Assembly: GCF_018350175.1 (NCBI RefSeq)
Contig: NC_058368.1
Span: 153,266,001 to 153,330,000 of the forward strand
DNA length: 64,000 nucleotides
From: Felis catus
Lineage: Eukaryota
Direction: 5' to 3'
Made by a program: the position numbers and the translations under genes. Numbering within the stretch: position 1 is the first letter of the stretch; every line of letters begins with the position of its first letter. The notes under the pieces were generated by a model. That model was not told the origin of the DNA and made no database searches. It saw only the letters and a program-made list of their open reading frames with translations. Below are positions 13,050 to 24,590 of the stretch, in pieces.

Positions 13050-13620
13050 GTTATTTCTGCCTGGCCAGCTTCCCATTCCTCATTTTGGTAATAGCCTGCC
13101 AGTATTCTTTGTTGAGACTCTTCTTTTCCACTTCTATGAGATTTGAAGTTTGATAGAGCTAAAATCATCCTCAGGTTCCAGCAATGAGAATGTAGTTCTA
13201 ATACAGACATTTAGTTTTTTTCATACTCTTGGCCAAAAATGGCACATGGGTCATGCTAGGCAAATCTGAATCAGTCCTAGTAGTTTGTTAAGAAAAATTT
13301 TGGGAAAAAATCTTTTTTTTGACAGGATTGCTGAAAGGATAAGTGTAGGCCCAGAACTTCTGGCAGCCATCTAGGGGAGGGAGCCAAGCACTAGGGGAGG
13401 GCTTGCCTGAGAATGGAACCTGTACAAGGGGAAAGTATACCCAGGAATGGAGAAAGGTGGATTGGATCCTGGTGCTTTTTGGGCTTCTACATCCAGCAAT
13501 GTCTGGAGACAGACTAACTGGAGTTTTCAATTCTGTGTGCCAACATATTCCCTTTTTAAAATTTAAGCCAGTTGAATAGAGTTTCTATTATTTGAAACTG
13601 AAAAAATCTTGGATAATGTA
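13050..13620. mobile_element. Old MaLR/ERVL-class LTR remnant
   Basis: 'cagccatct', 'tttaagccagttgaatagagtttctattatttgaaactgaaaaaatcttg' are typical of an LTR 3' end. Confidence 0.55.
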
Positions 13621-13848
13621 GATCCTTTCCAACCAAACTTAATACGTCATGTACTCTATAAATCTAGCTTGGCAAATTTCTAGTAATTTCTAATAGTTTT
13701 TTTAGCATTTCTAGTAATGCTTTGTTGGTATTTAGATACAGTTACTTAGTATAAGTACTTGGAAATTATAAAACCTCATTGATTTAAAAATTGTATTTTA
13801 CATTGGTGTAGACAGTTGTTTTTCCTATTTTGCTTGAATTAATGAGGC

Positions 13849-13965
13849 TTTTTTTTTTTTTAATGTTTAATTTTGAGAGACAGGGAGACAGAGGATCTGT
13901 CAGCTCAGAGCTGGACACAGGGTTCAGACCCACGAAGACTGAGATCGACCTGAGCCAAAGTTGGA
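13849..13965 (-). mobile_element. Truncated, internally deleted CAN-SINE
   Basis: Poly-T and partial body fused to the next SINE head. Confidence 0.8.
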
Positions 13966-14175
13966 GGGGCGTCTGGGTGGCTCAGTTGGGTAAGCGTCCA
14001 ACTCTTGATTTGATCTCAGGTCATGATCTCACAGTTTGTGGGTTTGAGCCCCAAGCTGGGCTGCAAGCTGACAGCGTGAAGCCTGCTTGGGATTCTCTCT
14101 CTGCCCTTACCCCCCACGCTTGCACGCGCGCTCTCTCTCTCTCTCAAAATAAATAAATAAACTTAAAAAAATCAA
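13966..14175 (+). mobile_element. CAN-SINE
   Basis: ggggcgtctgggtggctcagttgg head and tail. Confidence 0.93.
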
Positions 14176-14268
14176 AATAGGTTTTTCTAAAAAAGGATTG
14201 TTTGAAAGGTATTCCCAAAAAGGGATTCACAACATTGGCAAAATATTGGGAACTAGCTCAACAGATGC

Positions 14269-14758
14269 TGTGTTAGGTGGAATTCTTGATTTCTAACAAC
14301 TTTGGCTAGAATTACACAGAAAAGAAGTTTATTAAATGGATATTGAATAGTTTACAGACAAACTGGGAGGGCTGGAGAGTCCAATTTCAGGCTAAGAATC
14401 CAAAGGAAAAGCTCCAAACTATGTCTCAGCCTTGTTTTTCACAAGGAAATAATTGTTGTCATTGTCATGGTCTGTCTCTCTTTCTCTGTCTCTCTCTGTC
14501 TTTGTCTCTCTGTCTCTCTCTCACGACTTGTGTTCTTGATTTCTTGCATCACAAACTCCTTGGTCCAAATCTAGTTCTGAGCCCAAGTCTGATAGAAGCG
14601 TTCTGTCTTCAAAGGAAGCTCCTAAGGACCTAGTATTCTCAGTCTCTAAAACAATAGGCTCTCTGCCCCACATCAAGACTTATAAGTGGAGAATTTCCCA
14701 AATATAGAAAGGGGCTTGGTTGCTATGTAGCCAGAATGAATCACAGATGTCCACTATA
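14269..14758 (-). mobile_element. ERV-L-class LTR (LTR33/LTR16-like), probable 3' LTR of the adjacent internal remnant
   Basis: tgtgttagg...cagaaaagaagtttattaaatggata...cagatgtccactata termini. Confidence 0.6.
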
Positions 14759-16060
14759 AGCCAAGCTTTTGGCAGACTAACATCAACTCACAAGCTTCTC
14801 TCCATACTTAAAGTTACAGAAAAGCAATGCTTGCTCTTAATCTAAAGTGACTATTCTTCCCCATATAAAGGTAGTGAGCTGAAGTCTTTTCCACATTGCA
14901 ATCCAGGCTTTCTGGAAGGTGTCCAGTTCTCCTGGAGTGGTTCTATGGTTTTGTTTCAATATTCTGCAAACTATGCCCTAATATTTAAAAGTTAACCACC
15001 ACCAAAATACCCTATATAAATCATTGGAGAAACGCAGGAAAATATAGGAAAAGTTGATAAAATATATAAATACACACATGAAAGAAAATATGGATAGATG
15101 CCACAGTTCAGATTTTTGCAACTCATCTTTGTGCTCTGTTTGTGTTGCTGACTTGTCTCCTCCATCCATTTCACCTTTCTTTTCCCTCAGCCAAGGGTTA
15201 CCTGCCCCTTCATTCCTGAGAAAACCGACTCCTGGCCCGTATTTCCCATATTGGGTTGTTGTGGATTTCCTTTAACATTTAACAATGGAAGTGGCAGTAT
15301 TAAGAGTACCTCAGAAGATCACTGGATTTCTGTTAATGCTTTTTTGATCTCATTGTATAATAGCAACACTATTTCCCCATTATAGCTAACATCAATCATT
15401 CCTGTCATACCATAATCCTCTTTTTGACTATTTATCTCTGGTTTCAAAATCAGAAATGAAGAAGCAGCAATCTCCACTTCTAATTCAATGAAACCAGTCT
15501 TTACTTGATGCCCTGTGGAAGTGGCCCTCCCTTGACTACTAAGAGCCCCCTAAACCAGTGGAGCCTAAAAGGACTAGAGTAGGATGCCAAATTTTTGTGA
15601 GTGAGCCATTCTTACTCCCAGTTCTGCCTCTTGCTTACCAGATTCACATATTCTAGCTATGGAATTATCAGTGTTGGTTCAGAGCACATACCATATCCTA
15701 GATTAGCACCCAACTTCACAGAGTGTTGTCTCCAAACTGGCATTCCAAAATTTTGTAAGGTCAACTGATCCTGGATAAGAGAATACATGGTAAAGCCAGT
15801 GATTCCATAAACATTAATCCATTTTCTTCTTTCACCATAAAATTTTCTTGATCAGAATTTACATTGTATCGTACTTCATATAGAGAATATACTTGGTAGA
15901 TCTACGAATGGTAATTCTGGTAGAAACATGGTGGGCAGGAAAAGCAAATAAAATACAGAATACTCATCTAATTAATAATTAATCATCCAGTAATCACCAT
16001 AATCCCTAGATGATATTCTCCATTATAGAAGGAGTCCAATATAATCAATAGGCTGGTCTC
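14759..16060 (-). mobile_element. ERV-L internal remnant (degenerate pol/integrase region)
   Basis: Minus-strand translation: IDYIGLLL*W at ~16020-16049 (cf. ERV-L VDYIGPLPSW) and CQFGDNTL...DMVCALNQ at ~15674-15742 (cf. CQLGDNTL...AVYALNQ). Confidence 0.75.
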
Positions 16061-16127
16061 CAGACAACACTTAAGTGTTGTGGTTCAAGCCTAGTTGGGG
16101 GCAGTAGGATCCTAAAATACATGTAGT

Positions 16128-16182
16128 GTTTTGTTTTGTTTTGTTTTGTTTTGTTTTGTTTTGTTTTGTTTTGTTTTGTTTT
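16128..16182. repeat. (GTTTT)n microsatellite
   Basis: About 11 units, directly visible. Confidence 0.97.
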
Positions 16183-16419
16183 CTCAGAGCCAGTTCTGGT
16201 TTGGGGTGCTTTGGTTGCTTAAGCTGAGTTCTGGTTCTTCACCTCTCCCAGTGATTCTGTGACCTACTCTATATGCGACCATACTCTCTGGTTCAGGTAG
16301 CATTATGTTGAAGTGCTTGTAACTAAGAAATAAGCAGCCTTCTTGAAATAGATGCTTTTATGAAAGGTAGCTATGAATCAACATCCCACAAATGGAATAT
16401 CATCTAATTGCTGACTCCA

Positions 16420-16815
16420 AAGCACCAAATGGTTATCTCATAGGCATCTGGCTCTTAACATGTTCAAAATATAACTCTAAATGTCCCCACTTTTCCTCCC
16501 CCAGCCCTCTCTAGGTTTGTGTATTATGATGCCAGCACGCTCCTGTCGCTCACACTCCAAACCATGGTCTCTTCTTCCTTACTTTCTTTCATCATTTATA
16601 GACCTACATCTAGCAAGTTCTTACAGCTTTGCTTTCAAAATTTGATCGCGTCCATATATCATCTCAATTTCTACCTCATCACAGCTTTCATCATCCCTTA
16701 CCTGAACCATTGCCTTAGATTTATAACTGGTTTCTCTGTTTTTACTCTTTCCCCATATGGTCTATTCAGCACACAAAGTGATGTTTTACACATTGAAGTC
16801 ATACCATATCGTTCC
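16420..16815. mobile_element. LINE-2 remnant, left part (continues at 19888-20340)
   Basis: 'ataggcatctggctcttaacatgttcaaaa', 'ataactggtttctctgtttttactctt' are L2-like. Confidence 0.65.
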
Positions 16816-17279
16816 TGTAATGGATTGAATGTTTGCGTCCCCTCCCTGCCCGCAAAATTTACATGCTGAAGTTTTAAAATCCTTTGTGGTGATATTTAAA
16901 GATGGACCTCTAAGGAGTAATGAAAGTTAAATGAAGTCCTAAGGATGGGGCTGTGATCTGATGTGATTAGTGTCTTTAAAAAAAGAGGTGCCACTAACAA
17001 CAAAATACTTGAAAAAGAAATAAAGCAATCCTGTTTACAATAACATCAAAAACAATAAAATAATTAGGAAAAAGTTTAACCTAGGAGGTAAAAGATTAAA
17101 ACACTAAAAATTCAAAGGCTTTAATGAAAGAAAGCAAAGAAGACAGAAACAAATGGAAAGCTGTCCTGTGTTCATGGATTAGGAAAATTAATATTGTTAA
17201 AATGTCCATACTACCTAAAGCCATCTATAGATTTAATGTAATCCCTATCAAAATTTTAATGGCATTAAAAAAAATTATT

Positions 17280-17497
17280 GGACCACCTGGGTGGCTCAAT
17301 TAAGTGTCCAACTTTGGTTCAGGTCATGATCTCACAGTTCATGAGTTAGAACCCCACGTCGGGCTCTGTGCTGACAGCTCAGAGTCTATAGCCTGCTTCT
17401 GATTCTGTGTCTCCCTCTGTCTCTGCCCCTCCCCCACTTGTGTTCTCTCTCTCTCTCTCTCTCTCTCAAAAATAAACAATAAAAATGTATTTAAAAA
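17280..17497 (+). mobile_element. CAN-SINE inside L1
   Basis: Body and (CT)n tail. Confidence 0.92.
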
Positions 17498-17499
17498 TT

Positions 17500-17647
17500 G
17501 ATTTTATTTTATTTTAGAGAGAATCCCAAGCAGGCTCCACACTCAGTACAGAGCCTGATGTGGGGCTTAATCCCACAACCCTGGAATCATGACCGGAGCT
17601 GAAATCAAGAGTCAGATGCTCAAGTGACTAAGTCACCCAGGCACCCC
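17500..17647 (-). mobile_element. CAN-SINE (short) inside L1
   Basis: Ends gtcacccaggcacccc; aatggcatt repeat flanks the SINE pair. Confidence 0.9.
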
Positions 17648-18662
17648 TCAATGGCATTTTTCACAGAAATAAAAAATTCTAAAATCCATATAGAACCACA
17701 AAATACTCCAAAAGAGCCAAAGCAATCCTGATCAAGAACAAAACTGGAGGCATCACACTTTCTGATTCCAAACTATGTTAGAAAGCTATAGTAATCAAAA
17801 CAATATGGTACTGTCATAAAAATAGATACATAGACCAATGTAACAGGTCAAGACCCCAGAAATAAACCCTTGCATATATAGTCAAAAGATGCTTGACAAG
17901 GGAGCCAAGAGTACTCAATGGGGAAAAGATAGTCTCTTCAATAAATGGTGTTGGGAAAACTGGATAATCACATGCAGAAGAATGAAATTCGACCTCATCT
18001 TACATCAATCACAAAAATTAAGTTAAAGTGAATTAAAACCTTAGCTATAAGACCAGAAATTGAAAACTCATAGAAAAAAAAATAGGGAAAAAGCATCTTT
18101 ACATTGGTCCTGGAAATGATTTTTTGGATAGGACACCAAAAGTACAAACGACAAAAGCAAAAATCAATGAGTGGGACTATATCAAACTAAAAAGCTTCTG
18201 CAGAGCAAAAGAAACCATGAAGTGAAAAGGCAACCGACAGAATGAGAGAAAATATTTGCAAATCATAATTTGATAAGGGGTTAATAATCATAATTTGATA
18301 AGGGGTTAATATCCAAAGTATGTAAGGAACTCATATAATGCAACAGAAAAAAAAATCCAAATAAAAAACGAATAGAGGATCTGAATAAATGTTTTTCTTT
18401 AGGAGACATACAAATGGCCAAGAGACACGTGAAAAGGTGCTCAACATCACTAATCATCAGGGAAATGCAAATAAAAATCACAGTGAGATATCACCTCACA
18501 CTTTTACAATGGCTGTTGTTAAAAAGGCAAGAAATAACAAGTGTTGGTGAGGTTGCAGAGAAAAGGGAACACTTGTCTACTGTTGGAGGGAGTGTATATT
18601 GATACACCCACCATGGAAAACATTATGGAGTTTCCTTGAAAGATTAAAAACTGAACTATCCT

Positions 18663-18885
18663 AGAGCACCTGGGTTGCTCAGTCAGTTGAGCGTCTGACT
18701 CTGGATTTCAGCTCAGGTCATAATCCCAGAGTTGTGGGAATTAGCCCCATGTTGGGCTCCACACTGAGCCTGGAGCTTGCTTAAGATTCTCTCTCTCTGT
18801 CTTTCTCCCCCCTCCCCCACTCTGCCCCTCTCCCCTCCTTTATCTTTCTCTAAAATAAAAATAAATAAGTAAAATAAAAAATAAA
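18663..18885 (+). mobile_element. CAN-SINE inside L1
   Basis: TSD aaaac(t/a)gaactatc. Confidence 0.92.
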
Positions 18886-19887
18886 AACAGAACTATCATA
18901 TGATCCAATAATTCCACTTCTGGGTAAATAGCCAAAGGAAATGAAAATGGGATCTCAAAGAGATATCTGTGCCCCATGTTCATTGCAGCATTATTCACAA
19001 AATTCAAGATATAGGAACAATCTAAGTGTCTGTCTATGGATGATTGGACACAGAAGATGTGGTATGGGTATGTGCACACATGAGCACACACGCACTATGG
19101 AATGTTATTCAGCCATAAGAAGGAAGGAAATCCTGCTATTTGCAACAACATGAATGGAGCTTGAGGGCATTATGCTAATTGAAATAAGCCAGACAGAGAA
19201 AGGCAAATACTGTATGATCTCACTTATATGTGGAATCTAAAGAAGCTGAGCACATAGAAACTGAGAGTAGAATGGTAGTTACCAGAGGCTACAGGTATGA
19301 AAAATGGAAAGATGTCAGTCAAAGGGTACATCCTGCTGGTCAGAAGATGAATAAATTCTGGGGGTCTAATGTATAGCGTAGAGATTATAGTTACCAATAT
19401 TGTATTTATATTTGAAAATTACTATGAAGATAGATCTTAAGTGTTCTCACCACTCACACACACAAATGGTAATTATGTGAACTAATGGAGGTGTTAACTT
19501 ACCCCTATTTTGGTAATCCTTTTGCAGGATATAGGTATATCAAAACGTCATGTTGTATTCCTTAAACTCAAATAGTATCTTATGTCAATTATATTCTTAA
19601 AGCTGGGGGAAAAAAAGATACCAGAGCTTGCTTGCATTTGAACGTGCTCCCTTGCTTGCGCTCTCTCTTTCCCCTCTGCAAGCGTAAATTGAGGAAAGGG
19701 TCTATGAGAACGTTGTGAGAAGGTGGCTGTCTGCAAGCAAAGAAGAGAGTCCTCACCAGAAAGTGGCCATGCTGGCACCCTGACTTTGAACTTCCAGCAT
19801 CTGGAACTATGAGAAACTAAGTTTCTGTTGTTTAAGCCATAGCCTTGAGAGGTTTTTTTATTGTGACAGCCTGTGGTGATCAATACA

Positions 19888-20340
19888 ACTCCCCACTCAC
19901 ACATGTAGAGTAAAATCCAGAATTCTCATTATTACTTAAAAGGTCCAACATTATCCTAACTTGCCTGCCACCAGCCTCTCCTGCAATCAGTCAACACTAG
20001 GTACCGGGCTCTCTTGGTGTTCTGTACACACACCGTGCCCAGTTCATTCCCATCCCAAGGGCTGTGCAGTTCCTTTCCTTCTGGTCAAGTTGGCTTCCAC
20101 AGGCCTTCTCACGTCATAGCCCCTTGCTTCAGTCTGATCCCTAAAACCATGTCAGTGACTCCCATTCATGCCCCATCACTATACCCTCTCCCCGTTGTCT
20201 CCTTCATAGTGTTTATCCTCACCTACAATTATGTATTTGTCATTTTACTTATTTTTCTAAAACGTGTTCCCCTACTGGTAGATGAACTCCACATGGACAA
20301 GAATCTAGTCTGTCTTGTGTACCATTGTATTCTAGACACA
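19888..20340. mobile_element. LINE-2 remnant, right part
   Basis: 'tagagtaaaatccagaattctc', 'ctagtctgtcttgtgtaccattgtattctag'. Confidence 0.65.
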
Positions 20341-20343
20341 TTC

Positions 20344-20545
20344 TTTTTTTTTTTTTTAATGTTTATTTATTTTTGAGAGTGAGCACGAGTGAGCAGGGGA
20401 GGGGCAGAGAGAGAAGGGGACAAAGAATTGGAAGCAGTCTCTGCTCTGTCTGCAGAGTCTGACGCAGGGCTCAAACCCGTGAACCGTAAGATCGCGACGT
20501 GAGCTGAAATCAGACACTTAACCCACCGAGCCGCCCAGGCACCCC
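20344..20545 (-). mobile_element. CAN-SINE
   Basis: TSD tagacacattctt. Confidence 0.95.
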
Positions 20546-21540
20546 TAGACACATTCTTATTGAAAGTTCTAGTCTTCCTGACATTGTTTTTAAAAAGCCA
20601 TGAATGGTTTTTTAAAAACAAGCTTGTACATGAAATAACAGGCAAAGTTTTAAAAATGACATACTAAATGGAATCATAAAAACTTTCTAGAAAAAATCAA
20701 TAACATTTAAAGTCAAACAGTTGGCTAAAAATACAACACTGCTGAGTAATACATGGCATGGCTTTGCCAGAAATACATAGAAAGGGAAAGCCCTCAGCTT
20801 ACTATTTATGACAGAAACACCTAAAAAACTCTTCTTAATGGACTATAAAAAAATAGATGTTGAAATATAGTTGCCTTGAGCAACTCCTCATCCTGTGGTT
20901 ATAGCTTTAACCCTTTGGCCTCATCCCAGGAATTTTTGTTTCTGATAATGAAGCTATAGGAAAGAAAAGAAATGGTGTGCACCTATACTGCCTTTCGGTT
21001 GACAGTGTAATTAAGATTAGGAGCTGGAGACAAAAAAACCTCAGCTAGAGATTTCTGCAGTTTAGTGAATCCTTCCTCCTACACTCCTAACAGCAACAGC
21101 ACAGCTGCCTGGAGCAGTGCTGCAAGACATTTTGCTCACACATACAGTTTAGCCAAGAGTGGGTGGCTTCAAGCAACCAGGAAGACAGGTTTCAATTGGC
21201 AACGTCATTTTCCTGGTTTGACCCCATGACTGAAGCATCTTGCTTTGGGATTTGGGTCAGTCAATCAGCACATATTTATCCAGTGCTTACTTTGGGTACC
21301 GAACACTGTTAACTCAGCAGGATGACACAGGCAGAGGCAGAAAGAGGCAATAGGGGGGAAAAAAAGGCAAAGTTGCAAAAAGTGAGATTAAGAAATTCTG
21401 TTGCACTGAAGAAAGTTTGAGTACCATTGAGAGATAAGTATACTTTTACAGATATGTGAAGTAAGGAATCATGTATAGCTATAATCTATTGATTTAAACC
21501 AAGTGTGTTTACCAAATGTATGCTACATGTATTAGATAAA

Positions 21541-21568
21541 TTTATTTTATTTTTTCATGTTTATTTAT

Positions 21569-21601
<33 letters not shown>

Positions 21602-21767
21602 CAGGGAGGGAGGAAAGGAGGGGCAGAGAGAGAGAGGGAATTCCAAGCAGGTTCTGTGCTGTCAGTGCAGAGGCTGATGCCAGGCTCGATCTCACAAACT
21701 GTGAGATCGTGACCTGAACTGAAATCAAGAGTCAGACTCTTAACCAACTGAACTACCCAGGTGCCCC
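21541..21767 (-). mobile_element. CAN-SINE
   Basis: (GA)n tract and reverse-complement head. Confidence 0.95.
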
Positions 21768-21930
21768 TGGATAAATAGATTTTTTTAAAAAGTTTTAATT
21801 ATTATTTCCCAGGGAGAATGGTAGGGATGGCATGGCTTTTGAATCACAGAAAATTCTGTAGATCACCCCTCCCCTAAATGTTCTCATCTTTGCAAAATTA
21901 AACAGTCATTTAAAAATGTTTAAAAGTTCA

Positions 21931-22146
21931 GGGGCGCCTGGGTTGGCAGTCGGTTGAGCATCTGACTTCGGCCAGGTCACGATCTCGCGGTCCGTGAGTT
22001 CGAGCCCCGCGTCCGGCTCTGGGCTGATGGCTCGGAGCCTGGAGCCTGTTTCCGATTCTGTGTCTCCCTCTCTCTCTGCCCCTCCCCCGTTCATGTTCTG
22101 TCTCTCTCTGTCCCAAAAATAAATAAAAAACGTTGAAAAAAAATTT
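21931..22146 (+). mobile_element. Young felid CAN-SINE
   Basis: CpG-rich; perfect TSD aaaaatgtttaaaagttca at 21912-21930 and 22147-22165. Confidence 0.97.
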
Positions 22147-22797
22147 AAAAATGTTTAAAAGTTCAAATGTGAGTTACAGTTAAGCATTATCACATAGTGC
22201 GTGGAATTCTAGTTATTCCTAAAATGCACTCTGATGGCAAAAAGAAGGCAGTATCAAGGTCTCCATCCAAGAAGATTCCATCACTGTGACAGCCTATCAC
22301 ACTTGAGGAGGATCTCACCTATTGTCCCAGCTACTTTCACATCCTTGACTTTCAGACCTCCTCCTCTGGTCTGACACCCCTGTTTCTGGTCCAGGAGAGA
22401 ATAGACCAGGCCACATGCACATATCTGCAGAAATGTCACAGCCTTGAGTATTTTATGTGTGGACCAAGTCCTCCTAACCAGAAACCCGTGATATATAAAA
22501 TCACTATGTTTTTGCATCATCAGATATATCAGTAAAGTGACTGAGATAAAGTTGCTACTTTTCACATCCTCTGATCATCTTAGCAGTGACCATGTGTCCT
22601 ACCTCACAGAGAACTGCAGTAAACAGGTGTTTAACCAGCTCACTACTCCTTTTTCTTCTCATCTCAAGAGTTTGCTCCTTCACTGAAAGTTATTATTTTT
22701 GGTTCAAAAGTGGATCCCCTTTTCTCTCTTGCAGTATTTTGTTCCATGGATTGTGTTTTTTTTGTTTGTTTTTGTTTTTTTTTTAAACTACATTTTA

Positions 22798-22983
22798 GGG
22801 GCACCTGGGTGGCTCAGTCAGTTAAATGTTCAACTTCAGCTCAGGTTGTGATGTCATGGTTCATGAATTTGACCCCTACATCAGGCTCTGCTGTCAGCTT
22901 GGAGCCTGCTTTGGATCCTCTGTCTTCCTCTCTCTCTGCCCCTCCCCTGCTCACACTCCAAAATAAATAAACATTAAAAAAAT
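22798..22983 (+). mobile_element. CAN-SINE
   Basis: Head, body and tail. Confidence 0.92.
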
Positions 22984-23509
22984 TGTGTTCCAGTATCAAC
23001 CTACTTCCTCCTATAAAACAGATTTCATCTCACTACTGTAAAAAATATGAATAAAATACTTTTCCTCACTCTGCATTCCCCTCACAGCCGGCTAACCTGT
23101 TCCTCCACCCCAACTCTCTGGTTCACAGCTGAGCTTCACAGAAGAATGGTCTTCGATCTCTGGTTACTTTTCTTTATGTTCCATTTTCTCTTCAGTCTCC
23201 AGCTTCCTCCCTTTTAGCTCAGTTTCTCACACTTCTCTGGCAAGACTCATCAAAGACTTTCCTATTTCCAGATCCCTTGGTCCTTTTAGTTCTTACCTTA
23301 TTTAAATTATCTATTGTGCTTCTGCCATGGATCCTTCCTTCTTTACTCTCCTTGTTTCCAGAAAATTTCTCTGACCACTCCTTTTTTGTCTTCTTTACTG
23401 CTGCCTGCTATTTAAATGTTGAAATTTCTTTTTTATTATTCTACAATATTTTCCTAGGAAATAGTATGTGTGTATAACCCCTAGATCTGTATGTCCTTCC
23501 CTGCCTTTT

Positions 23510-23543
23510 GTCTTCTTTTTTAAATATTTATTTATTTATTTTT

Positions 23544-23584
<41 letters not shown>

Positions 23585-23761
23585 CACACATACAAGTGGG
23601 GGAGGGGAAGAAAGAAAGAGAGGGAGACACAGAATCTGAAGCAGGCTTCAGGCTCTGAGCTGTCAGCACAGAGCCCGATGTGGGGCCTGAACCCACGAAC
23701 TGTGAGATCATGATCTGAGTTGAAGTCAGATGCTTAGCCTACTGCGCCACCCAGACACCCC
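23510..23761 (-). mobile_element. CAN-SINE
   Basis: (GA)n tract, body; flanking ccttccctgc repeat. Confidence 0.94.
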
Positions 23762-24149
23762 TTCCCTGCATTTTCTATAACTATCCTGTATTTTTCACCA
23801 CATATCCAGTTGTCTGTTCACTCTCTTTCTCCATCTTGCATCCCCAGATCAATAAAGCTCAACATGTCCTAAGCAGAGATCCTTTGTCTCAAAACTTCAT
23901 CCTCAGTCTCTTTTCCTTGTTTTAACAAATGTCACTGCTATTTCTATGCCAAATGGTTTCTTGCCTCTGTATTTTTATCTGTTCTCTTCCCTCCATTGAG
24001 ATTATACTTTTGTCCCACTTGCCTAGGAATACTTAACCATCTTCAAGTTTGAGAATTGCCTGTGTCATGAAGCATTACCAGCCTGACCTGGTAAAAGTTA
24101 CCACTGACCACTGCCTCCTAACCCTTAGAGAGATGTGTAGAACAGCACG

Positions 24150-24590
24150 TGTAGTACTGAACTGTGAAGAAGAAGCATGTTTCAGGGAGAGGGAAGAGCA
24201 TGGGAAGAAAGCCCTCAGATAAGAAGGAACGTGGAGCTTTTGAAGGAACACAAGAGCTCAGTGTGGCTGGAGCACTAAGTCAGAGAGTCAGTGGCAAAAA
24301 ACAATTGAACAAGGTAAAGTCTTAGGCAGAGCTTTGAGGGCTATGGTAAAAATGTTTGCGTTGTATCCTAACTACCAGGGAAACCAAGAACTTCTCTAAG
24401 ACTGAAAGTGGCAGGATCCAAATTGGGTTTTAAAATGATCTCTAAGGCTGCAGTGTAAATAGATTTTACGGAAGCAGAATTATTAAAGAGGCAGCTAGAA
24501 AGTCATTATAGTAATTGAGCTGAAAAACAATAGTCACTTAGCCTGGGATGGTAATAGGAATGATAGAGAATAGTCAATATTTTTAACAAA
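24150..24590. mobile_element. LINE-2 remnant
   Basis: 'gtgtggctggagcac', 'ggcaggatccaaattgggttttaaaatgatctctaaggctgcagtg'. Confidence 0.65.

Larger units (their letters stand above)
16994..19610 (+). mobile_element. 5'-truncated LINE-1 (L1MA/carnivore type): ORF2 C-terminal half and 3' UTR, disabled
   Basis: ORF2 remnants ([32 protein letters not shown]), L1 3' UTR, degenerate TSD aaaaaag...cca. Confidence 0.95.
16816..19887 (+). mobile_element. MLT1A-type MaLR LTR split by an L1 (16816-16993 + 19611-19887)
   Basis: Starts tgtaatggattgaatgtttgcgtcccc; ends gctggcaccctgactttgaacttccagc...tttaagcca...caataca. Confidence 0.85.
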
